From Streptomyces sp. NPDC041068 (GTDB lineage: Bacteria > Actinomycetota > Actinomycetes > Streptomycetales > Streptomycetaceae), in NCBI RefSeq assembly GCF_040647455.1, contig NZ_JBEZCG010000012.1, positions 315,498 to 347,497 on the forward strand: a stretch of DNA of 32,000 nt, read 5' to 3'. Numbering within the stretch: the stretch's first letter is position 1; each line of letters starts with the position of its first letter. The notes under the pieces were generated by a model. The model was not told the DNA's origin and ran no database searches. It worked only from the letters and a program-made list of their open reading frames with translations. The position numbers were made by a program, and so were the translations under genes. This document shows positions 7,975 to 15,343 of this stretch, in pieces.

Positions 7975-9147
7975 GTGACCTCTCGAACCGGGCGGCACTT
8001 CTTACAGATTCCAGGCCCCACCAACATCCCCGACCAGGTGCTCCGCGCCATCGCGGCGCCGACCATCGACCACCGCGGCCCCGAATTCGCCGCGCTCACC
8101 ACCGAGTTGCTCGCCGCGCTGGGGCCCGTCTTCGGGACCTCGGGCCCCGTCGTGGTCTTCCCCGGGTCCGGCACGGGCGCCTGGGAGGCGGCCCTGGTCA
8201 ACACGCTCAGCACGGGGGACCGGGTGCTGTGCGTCGAGACCGGCCACTTCGCCACGCTCTGGCAGCGCATGGCCGCCGACCTCGGGTTGTACGTCGACTT
8301 CATCCCCGGGGACTGGCGCCACGGAGCCGACCCGGAAGCCATCGCCGAACGCCTCGCCGCCGACACCGTCCACACCGTCAAGGCCGTCTGCGTGGTGCAC
8401 AACGAAACGTCGACCGGCGTCACCAGCAGAGTGGCCGAGATCCGGCAGGCGATCGACGCGACGGGGCACCCCGCGCTGCTCCTCGTCGACACCATCTCCT
8501 CGCTCGGCTCCATCGACTACCGCCACGACGCATGGGGCGTCGACGTCACGGTGGCCGGATCCCAGAAGGGGCTGATGCTCCCGCCGGGCCTCGGCTTCAA
8601 CGCCGTCAGCGACAAGGCCCTCGCCGCCTCCCGCACCGCACGGCTGCGCAGGTCCTACTGGGACTGGCGGCCGATCATCGAGGCGAACCGGCGCGGCTTC
8701 TTCCCCTACACCCCCAACACCAACCTCCTCTACGGGCTCGCCGAAGCGCTGCGCATGCTGGAGGCGGAGGGGCTCCCGGCGGTGTTCGCGCGCCACGACC
8801 GGCACGCCGAGGCCACCCGAAGTGCCGTACGCGGCTGGGGACTTGAGGTGCTCTGCGCGGACGAACGCGAGTACTCGTCCTCGCTCACCGCCGTCCTCCT
8901 GCCCGACGAGCAGGACGCCGACAAGGTGCGGGAGATCATCCTGGAGCGCTTCGACATGTCCCTGGGGGCGGGGCTCGGCAAGCTCGCGGGACGGATCTTC
9001 CGGATCGGTCACCTGGGCCACTTGAGCGACCTCGCGCTCGCGGGCACGCTGGCCGGCGTACAGATGGGCCTGCAGCTGGCCGGCGTACGCATCGACCCGA
9101 GCGGACTCGCCGCCGCCCTGGACATCCTGCGAGAGCCTCATGAGTGA
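7975..9147 (+). CDS. Class V PLP aminotransferase, serine-glyoxylate / alanine-glyoxylate (SgaA/AGXT) type
   Basis: GTG at 7975, with GGGAG at 7961-7965. GRHFLQIPGPTNIPDQVLRAIAAPTIDHRGPEF, SGTGAWEAALVNTLS, VVHNETSTGV, DTISSLGS.DYRHD.WGVDV.V.GSQKGLMLPPGL (PLP lysine). Confidence 0.85.
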   Translation: MTSRTGRHFLQIPGPTNIPDQVLRAIAAPTIDHRGPEFAALTTELLAALGPVFGTSGPVVVFPGSGTGAWEAALVNTLSTGDRVLCVETGHFATLWQRMAADLGLYVDFIPGDWRHGADPEAIAERLAADTVHTVKAVCVVHNETSTGVTSRVAEIRQAIDATGHPALLLVDTISSLGSIDYRHDAWGVDVTVAGSQKGLMLPPGLGFNAVSDKALAASRTARLRRSYWDWRPIIEANRRGFFPYTPNTNLLYGLAEALRMLEAEGLPAVFARHDRHAEATRSAVRGWGLEVLCADEREYSSSLTAVLLPDEQDADKVREIILERFDMSLGAGLGKLAGRIFRIGHLGHLSDLALAGTLAGVQMGLQLAGVRIDPSGLAAALDILREPHE

Positions 9148-12049
9148 GGCGCGCGCGGAGAGCCTCCGGCACAAGCTCACCCAGGACCTCGACGGTGAAG
9201 TCCAATTCGACGACTACACCCGGCACTTGTTCGCCCGGGACGCCAGCATGTACGCGATCACGCCCCTGGGCGTGGTCTTCCCGCGCGACGCCGACGACGT
9301 CGCCGCCGCGGTCGCCGCGGCCGCGTCCCACGACGTACCCGTGGTGCCGCGCGGAGCGGGCACGAGCCTGGCGGGCCAGACCGTCGGCCCCGGCCTCGTC
9401 CTCGACCTGTCACGCCATATGAACCGCATCGTGGAGCTCGACCCGAGCAGCGGAACAGCCCTGGTGGAGACCGGCGTCGTGCAGGACCAGCTCAACCGCG
9501 CCGCGGCCCCCTGGGGCCTGATGTTCGGCCCGGACACCTCGACCAGCAACCGCGCCACCATCGGCGGGATGATCGGCAACAACTCGGCCGGCAGCGGCTC
9601 CGTGCGCTACGGCATGACCATCGACCACGTCCGAGAGCTCGACGTCGTGCTCTCGGACGCGACCCGGACCCGCCTCGCCCCGGTCGACGAGGCCGAACGG
9701 GCGCGCAGGGCAGGGCGGGTCACCTTGGAAGGCGCCCTCTACCGCGAGCTCCCCGAGATCGTCAGGGTCAACGCGGCGGCGATCTCCGAGGGCTTCCCCG
9801 CCCACTGGCGGCGCGCCTGCGGCTACCGCCTGGACCGGCTCGCCCGCGAGGACACCTCCTTCGACCTGGCCAAGTTCGTCGTCGGCTCCGAGGGTACGCT
9901 GGCCGTGGCGACCACGGCGCTGGTCGACCTGGTGCGCAAGCCGAGCCGCACGGTGATCGCGGTGGGCCACTTCACGTCCGTGGCGCACGCCATCGCGGCG
10001 ACGGAGGACGCCCTGGCCTGCGACCCGTCCGCCGTGGAGCTGATGGACCGCACGATCCTCGACCTCTCCCGCCGCAAGATCGAGTACGCGGCGCTCGGCC
10101 ACCTCCTCAAGGGCGCACCCGAAGCCCTGCTCTTCGTCTCCTTCACCGGCGACGACGAGGCCGAACTCGTCGACCGCATGCGGCGGTTGACGGCGCTCTG
10201 GTCCCGGCACGGCCACGGCTACCACACCCTGCAGGCGGTCACCCCGGCCCAGCAGGGCTCGCTCCTGAAGGTCCGCAAGGCGGGCCTCGGCCTGCTGATG
10301 GCCGCAAGCGTCGGCACCAGGCGCCCGCTCGCCTTCGTCGAGGACACGGCGGTCGACCCCGCCCATCTCGCCGACTACACACGGCGGTTCAAGGACGTCC
10401 TGGACCGGCACGGCATGACGGCCGGCTTCTACGGCCACTGCTCGGTCGGCTGTCTGCACATCCGCCCCTACCTCGACCTCGCCGACCCGGCCGACGTCGG
10501 CAGGATGCGTGCCGTCGCCGAGGAGATCAAGGACCTCGTCGCCGAGTACGGCGGCGTGAACTCCAGCGAGCACGGCGACGGTCTGGCACGCAGCGAGTTC
10601 AACCGCGAGATCTTCGGCGACAAGCTGTACGAGGCGATGCGCCAGGTCAAGCACCTCTTCGACCCCCACGGCATCCTCAACCCCGGCAAGATCGTGGACG
10701 CGCAGCCCATGACGGACAACCTGCGCGACGCGACCCTGAAACCCGCCGAACCCCTGCGTACCCGCCTGGCCTTCGAGGTCGTGGGCGGCGGCGGGATGCG
10801 CGCTGCCGCCGACCGGTGCATGAACATCGGCCTGTGCCGCAAGACCGGCAGCGGCGCCATGTGCCCCTCCTACATGGCGACCCGCAAGGAAGAGGACTCC
10901 ACCCGCGGCCGCGCGGGCGCCCTGGTCAAGGCCCTGTCCGAGCCCGACCCGCGCACGGCACTCGGCGACGAGCGGCTCCACGAGATCCTCGATCTCTGCC
11001 TGATGTGCAAGGCCTGCAAGAGCGAATGCCCCCTCGGCGTCGACATGGCCACCCTCAAGAGCGAGACCCTCTCCCACCACCACGACCTGCACGGCGTTCC
11101 CCTGCGCAGCCGCCTCTTCGGCGCGATCCGCGTCCTCAACCGCCTGGGCTCGGCGACCGCGCCCCTGTCCAACCTGCCGGGCCGCATCGCACCGCTGCGC
11201 CGCCTCATGGACCGCCTGATCGGCATCGCGCCGCAGCGCCCGCTACCGGTCTTCGTCCGGCAGAACCTGCTGCGCTGGTCACGCCGCCGCGCCCCGGCAC
11301 CGCACACGCCCACCCAGGGCACGCTCACCTACCTCGCCGACTCCTTCACGACGTACACCGAGCCCGGCATCGGCCGCGCCGCCATCGAGCTCCTCGAACT
11401 GGCGGGCTGGGGCGTGCGGTTGGAGAGCGGCGGCTGCTGCGGACGCTCCAGTCTGTCCAAGGGCCTGGTCGACGACGCGAAGAACAAGGCACGCGGGCTC
11501 GTGCACCGACTGCACGAGTCGACCGACCCCGGCTCGCCGATCGTGGGCTGCGAGCCCTCCTGTCTGATGACCCTGCGCGACGAGCACAAGGCCCTGTTGC
11601 CCGACGACCCCGCGGTCACGGATGTCGCCGGGCGGGTGCGCCAGGTCGAGGAACTCCTGGTGGCGGCCATCGACGCGGGCCGCCTGCGGCTGCGCGAGGA
11701 CTCCTGGCTCGCCGGCCGGGCGCTCCTCTACCACGGCCACTGCCACCAGAAGGCGGAGGTGGGCACGGCCGCGACCGTCGCCCTCCTGGAACGCATCCCC
11801 GGAGTGACGGTCACCGAACTGGACGCCGGCTGCTGCGGCATGGCGGGGTCCTTCGGCTTCGAGTCCGAGCACTACGAGACGTCGATGACGGTCGGCGAGG
11901 ACCGACTGTTCCCGGCGATCGAGGCGGAACCCGCCGAGACGGTCGTGGTCGCCACGGGCGTCTCCTGCCGCCAGCAGATCTTCCACGGCACGGAACGCGA
12001 CGCCTGGCATCCGGTGCAGCTGCTGCGGGAGGTGGTCGAGGCGCCGTGA
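9140..12049 (+). CDS. Fused FAD-binding oxidase + 4Fe-4S dicluster + CCG-domain protein (YdiJ / GlcD-GlcF-like 2-hydroxyacid dehydrogenase)
   Basis: 969 aa. N-terminal FAD-oxidase domain (VPRGAGTSLAGQT..GGMIGNNSAGSGS..), FAD-oxidase_C (SSEHGDGLARSEF..DPHGILNPGKI), two Cys clusters (CMNIGLCRKTGSGAMCPS, CLMCKACKSECP) and two CCG motifs (GGCCGRS, AGCCGMAGSFG). The start overlaps the aminotransferase stop by 8 nt. Confidence 0.85.
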   Translation: MSEARAESLRHKLTQDLDGEVQFDDYTRHLFARDASMYAITPLGVVFPRDADDVAAAVAAAASHDVPVVPRGAGTSLAGQTVGPGLVLDLSRHMNRIVELDPSSGTALVETGVVQDQLNRAAAPWGLMFGPDTSTSNRATIGGMIGNNSAGSGSVRYGMTIDHVRELDVVLSDATRTRLAPVDEAERARRAGRVTLEGALYRELPEIVRVNAAAISEGFPAHWRRACGYRLDRLAREDTSFDLAKFVVGSEGTLAVATTALVDLVRKPSRTVIAVGHFTSVAHAIAATEDALACDPSAVELMDRTILDLSRRKIEYAALGHLLKGAPEALLFVSFTGDDEAELVDRMRRLTALWSRHGHGYHTLQAVTPAQQGSLLKVRKAGLGLLMAASVGTRRPLAFVEDTAVDPAHLADYTRRFKDVLDRHGMTAGFYGHCSVGCLHIRPYLDLADPADVGRMRAVAEEIKDLVAEYGGVNSSEHGDGLARSEFNREIFGDKLYEAMRQVKHLFDPHGILNPGKIVDAQPMTDNLRDATLKPAEPLRTRLAFEVVGGGGMRAAADRCMNIGLCRKTGSGAMCPSYMATRKEEDSTRGRAGALVKALSEPDPRTALGDERLHEILDLCLMCKACKSECPLGVDMATLKSETLSHHHDLHGVPLRSRLFGAIRVLNRLGSATAPLSNLPGRIAPLRRLMDRLIGIAPQRPLPVFVRQNLLRWSRRRAPAPHTPTQGTLTYLADSFTTYTEPGIGRAAIELLELAGWGVRLESGGCCGRSSLSKGLVDDAKNKARGLVHRLHESTDPGSPIVGCEPSCLMTLRDEHKALLPDDPAVTDVAGRVRQVEELLVAAIDAGRLRLREDSWLAGRALLYHGHCHQKAEVGTAATVALLERIPGVTVTELDAGCCGMAGSFGFESEHYETSMTVGEDRLFPAIEAEPAETVVVATGVSCRQQIFHGTERDAWHPVQLLREVVEAP

Positions 12050-12074
12050 GCGTCACCCGCGGGAGGGCGCCTCG
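12037..12074. terminator. Hairpin spanning the stop codons of two convergent genes (possible bidirectional terminator)
   Basis: Perfect 9-bp stem: cgaggcgcc (12037-12045) and ggcgcctcg (12066-12074), with a 20-nt loop. The loop contains TGA 12047-12049 (+ gene) and TCA 12053-12055 (- gene stop). No U-tract. Confidence 0.35.
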
Positions 12075-12682
12075 GCCGTGAGGCCCGCGAGACCCTTGCG
12101 GGCCTCGGGCAGTCCTTGCCAGCGGCGGGCCGCGGGCGCCGCCAGACCGAACTGGTCCAGGACGCGGGCGACGATGTGGTCGACGATGTCGTCGATCGAG
12201 CGGGGGTGGTTGTAGAAGGCGGGCACGGGCGGGAGGATTGTCACCCCCTGACGCGCCAGCGCGAGCATGTTCTCCAGATGGATCTGGCTCAGCGGCATCT
12301 CGCGGGGGACCAGGACGAGGCGCCGCCCCTCCTTGAGGGTGACGTCGGCGGCCCGGCCGAGCAGGGTGTCGGCGTACCCGGTCCGGATCCCGGCCAGCGT
12401 CTTGACGCTGCAGGGGACGACGACCATGCCGTCGGTGCGGAACGACCCCGACGAGATGGTGGCGCCCTGGTCGTTCGGCTTGTGGTGCACGTCGGCGAGG
12501 TCTTGGACCTCACGGACCGTATAAGGAGTCTCCAACTCGACGGTGGAGCGGGCCCAGTTGCTCAGGACGAGGTGCGTCTCGACGTCCGGCAGGGCCCGCA
12601 GGCCTTCGAGGAGGCGGATCCCGAGGATCGCTCCGGTCGCCCCGGTCATCCCGACGACCAGACGCTTGGTGCGTGCGTACAT
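12053..12682 (-). CDS. ubiX: UbiX-family flavin prenyltransferase (prFMN synthase)
   Basis: ATG at 12682, preceded by GGAGAGAGAAG. MYARTKRLVVGMTGATGAILGIRLLE..VVVPCSVKTLAGIRTGYADTLLGRAADVTLKEGRRLVLVPREMPL.. is the canonical UbiX/Pad1 pattern. Confidence 0.85.
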   Translation of the reverse strand: MYARTKRLVVGMTGATGAILGIRLLEGLRALPDVETHLVLSNWARSTVELETPYTVREVQDLADVHHKPNDQGATISSGSFRTDGMVVVPCSVKTLAGIRTGYADTLLGRAADVTLKEGRRLVLVPREMPLSQIHLENMLALARQGVTILPPVPAFYNHPRSIDDIVDHIVARVLDQFGLAAPAARRWQGLPEARKGLAGLTAEAPSRG

Positions 12683-12738
12683 GCTGTCTTCTCTCTCCGC
12701 GGGGCCGGGTGTCCCCGCGGGCCTCTCCACGGACCGGT

Positions 12739-14178
12739 TCACAGGGGCAGCAGCCCGCTCCACCGGTCACGGACCTGCGCGCGGTAGGGCTCGTCGAAGC
12801 GGTTGGACGGGGCGAACTGCTCCTTCCACGCATAGGGTTTGCACGCGTCGATCAGGACGATGCCCATGGTGCGGTCGCCGCTCTCGCGCTGGTGCGGGGA
12901 CAGGCGCGGGTCGATGTCGCTCGTGGTGGAGCGGATGGTGTGCAGGGAGGTGGCCGGGTCGACACGCGTGCAGATCGCCCACATCACGTGGTTGAGGTCG
13001 GTGACGTCGATGTCCTCGTCGACGACGACGAAGTAGCGCTCCATGCCGCCGCTGCGACGCCGTCCGGCCGCGGCGACGAGCGCCGCCATGGCGTCCTGCG
13101 GGCCGGTCTGCTCGATCGATACGACGATCATCAACTGGCGGGCGAAGGCCCAGACACCACGGATGTTCCGCACACCGGAGGCCTGCAGATGGTCCCAGGT
13201 GAGGCTCGCCGAGTAGAGCGGCACGGCCTGGTCGCCCGCCGTGATGGTGGGGATCATCGGGGGAGCACCCAGGATGATGGGGTCGTCGCGGTGCATGATC
13301 CGCTGTACGCGTACGACGGTCTCGGGGCCGGAGTGCGTGTAGTACCCGGTCCATTCGCCGAACGGGCCTTCGTGGGCCGACTCCTCCTCCACGGGCGGCA
13401 TCTCGCCCTGGATGACGATCTCGGCGTGGGCCGGGATCGGCAGATCGCTGCCCGGGGCCCGCACGACCTCGACGGGCGCCCCGCGCAACCCGCCGGCCAG
13501 GTCGTACTCCGAGATGCCGTAGGGAGCCGCCATGGCCGCGGCCGTGGTCAGCACCGGATCGCATCCGACCACCACGGCAATGGGACAACTCTCCCCGCGC
13601 GCCCAGTACTTGGCGGCGATCTCCCGGGCGTGCCGGTTGCCCAGCATCCACAGCGACAGACGGTCCCTGCCCTGCACACAGGCCCGGTAGGTGCCGACGT
13701 TCACCCAGCCGGTATCGGGATCACGCGTGATGACCATGCAGGCGGTGCCGATGTAGCGCCCGCCGTCGCCTTCGTGCCAGCGCGGGGTGGGAAACAGCGT
13801 GAGATCCACGTCCGCGCCTTCGAGGACGTTCTCGAAGACGGTCGCGTCCTCGACCTCCTGGGGCGGGACGGCATCCAGGTTCTTGATGCCGTCCTTCCAG
13901 GCCTGCACGATCTCCAGTTTCGAGGCATCTGCGTCGAGGCCCAGAGCCACCGCGCAACGCGCCGCCGTACCCATGTAGTTGGTGAACACCCGGAAACCTG
14001 AAGGGTGGCCGGGAATGTCGTCGAAGAGCAAGGCGGGGCCTTCCTTCTCCGCGGAAAGCTCGGTGACGCATCCGATTTCCAGATCCCACTGCGCGCCGGA
14101 AACGGTACGTACGTCGTCCTCGTGGATTTCCCGCTTCAAGTGGCCGATGTAATCGCGCAGATCGCGGAATCGAGACAT
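12739..14178 (-). CDS. UbiD-family (prFMN-dependent) reversible decarboxylase
   Basis: ATG at 14178. The 479-aa product has UbiD hallmarks (MSRFRDLRDYIGHLK.., ..GPALLFDDIPG.., ..RYIGTACMVITRDPDTGWVNVGTYR.., ..HEGPFGEWTGYY..). It lies 56 nt upstream of ubiX on the same strand. Confidence 0.85.
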   Translation of the reverse strand: MSRFRDLRDYIGHLKREIHEDDVRTVSGAQWDLEIGCVTELSAEKEGPALLFDDIPGHPSGFRVFTNYMGTAARCAVALGLDADASKLEIVQAWKDGIKNLDAVPPQEVEDATVFENVLEGADVDLTLFPTPRWHEGDGGRYIGTACMVITRDPDTGWVNVGTYRACVQGRDRLSLWMLGNRHAREIAAKYWARGESCPIAVVVGCDPVLTTAAAMAAPYGISEYDLAGGLRGAPVEVVRAPGSDLPIPAHAEIVIQGEMPPVEEESAHEGPFGEWTGYYTHSGPETVVRVQRIMHRDDPIILGAPPMIPTITAGDQAVPLYSASLTWDHLQASGVRNIRGVWAFARQLMIVVSIEQTGPQDAMAALVAAAGRRRSGGMERYFVVVDEDIDVTDLNHVMWAICTRVDPATSLHTIRSTTSDIDPRLSPHQRESGDRTMGIVLIDACKPYAWKEQFAPSNRFDEPYRAQVRDRWSGLLPL

Positions 14179-14270
14179 GGAAATGCCTTGCCCTTCGGAT
14201 GTTCGGTCGGTGCGTCTCAAGAATGCGCCCGAAGGGCGGGGCAAGTAAAAGTACTGAATCTACTCCGAGT

Positions 14271-14276
14271 TAGAAT
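14271..14276 (+). promoter_or_regulatory. Candidate -10 element (TAGAAT) placed for a leaderless lysR transcript
   Basis: TAGAAT at 14271-14276 ends 8 nt before the LysR ATG (14285), inside an unusually AT-rich patch (14245-14284). I found no convincing -35. Confidence 0.3.
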
Positions 14277-14284
14277 CCGAGGTT

Positions 14285-15166
14285 ATGGAACTGCGGCAGT
14301 TGAAGTATCTGGTCACCGTGATCGAGGAAGCGAGCTTCACGCACGCCGCGTCCCGTCTGCACGTCACACAGCCCGGAGTGAGCGCGCAGATCAAGGAGTT
14401 GGAGAGGGAAGTGGGGGAGCGGCTGCTCGACCGGCAGGGGCGCACCGTGCGCCCCACCGCGGCCGGTGAGGCGCTGCTCCCCTATGCGCGGGCCGCCCTG
14501 GAGGCCGTCGAAGGGGCCCGCGCCGTCGTCGGTGAACTCACCGGCCTGATCCGCGGCCAGGCTCGGTTCGGCACCGTCACCTCGATGACACCGGTCGACC
14601 TGTCCGACCTCTTCGCGGCGTTCCACGCATGCCATCCGGGCGTCGCGCTCTCCCTCACGGAGGCCCCCGCCGACCACCTGCTCCAAGGACTGCGGGCCGG
14701 CCGCCTGGACGCGGTGATCGTCGGCTCCGTCCCGCTGCCCTCCGACACCGGGACGCAGGTGATCGCCGACGAAGCCCTGGTCGCCGCGGTCCCGCCCGGT
14801 GACCCGCTCGCCGAGCGCGCGGAGATCACGCCCGACGCCCTGCGCACCCGCCCGCTGATCTGCCTGCCGCGGGGCACGGGTCTGCGCACGTGCGCAGACG
14901 AGGTGTGCACGGCCGCGGGCTTCCGGCCGAACGTCGCCTTCGAGACCGGGGACCCGGACATGGCGGCCCGCTTCGCCCGCCACGGCCTGGGCGTCGCCCT
15001 GCTCGCGGAGGCCACCGCCCGCAGGCACGAACCCCATGTGCGGACGCTCACCTTCGCCCACGCGCCGCGCGCCCGCCTCCTGCTGGCCTGGCGGGGCGAA
15101 GGGCCGACGAGCCCGGCGGCCCGCGCCCTGATCCGGCACGCCCGCGCCGCGCTCCCCGACCTGTGA
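14285..15166 (+). CDS. LysR-family transcriptional regulator
   Basis: MELRQLKYLVTVIEEASFTHAASRLHVTQPGVSAQIKELEREVGERLLDR (HTH) plus a LysR substrate-binding domain. Divergent from ubiD. Confidence 0.9.
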   Translation: MELRQLKYLVTVIEEASFTHAASRLHVTQPGVSAQIKELEREVGERLLDRQGRTVRPTAAGEALLPYARAALEAVEGARAVVGELTGLIRGQARFGTVTSMTPVDLSDLFAAFHACHPGVALSLTEAPADHLLQGLRAGRLDAVIVGSVPLPSDTGTQVIADEALVAAVPPGDPLAERAEITPDALRTRPLICLPRGTGLRTCADEVCTAAGFRPNVAFETGDPDMAARFARHGLGVALLAEATARRHEPHVRTLTFAHAPRARLLLAWRGEGPTSPAARALIRHARAALPDL

Positions 15167-15190
15167 CCCGCGTTCCCCGACCTGTGCCCC
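15149..15190 (+). repeat. 21-bp tandem duplication spanning the LysR stop codon
   Basis: gcgctccccgacctgtgaccc (15149-15169) and gcgttccccgacctgtgcccc (15170-15190), 19/21 identical. Copy 1 carries the TGA stop. Copy 2 reads TGC at the same position. Confidence 0.9.
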
Positions 15191-15197
15191 GGGTGGC

Positions 15198-15215
15198 CCG
15201 CCCGGCAGCGGGCGG
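15198..15215 (+). terminator. GC-rich hairpin downstream of lysR
   Basis: ccgcccg (15198-15204), loop gcag, cgggcgg (15209-15215): 7-bp stem with a tetraloop, 32 nt after the stop. No U-tract, as is common in high-GC actinomycetes. Confidence 0.35.
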
Positions 15216-15343
15216 CACTCGAACAGCGCGCGTCACTCAAATGCGGCGTAGAGCTGCCGTACGGGCGAAGGTGCGGATAAGTGGTGGGTGAGCTCTGTCG
15301 TCATTCCCCGGGCCCATGGGCCTCCGAGAGGGTGAGGTGCCCC

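Noticed and set aside
12049-12760. Search for a small VdcD-like third decarboxylase subunit near ubiX/ubiD
   Set aside because: ubiX ends 3 nt from the convergent dehydrogenase gene, and the 56-nt ubiD-ubiX gap cannot hold a gene. No suitable small ORF with a coding signature was found.
15311-15322. Perfect 12-bp palindrome ggcccatgggcc 22 nt upstream of the MFS start
   Set aside because: It could be an operator, but short GC-rich palindromes are frequent by chance here and nothing else supports a function. Not promoted to a finding.
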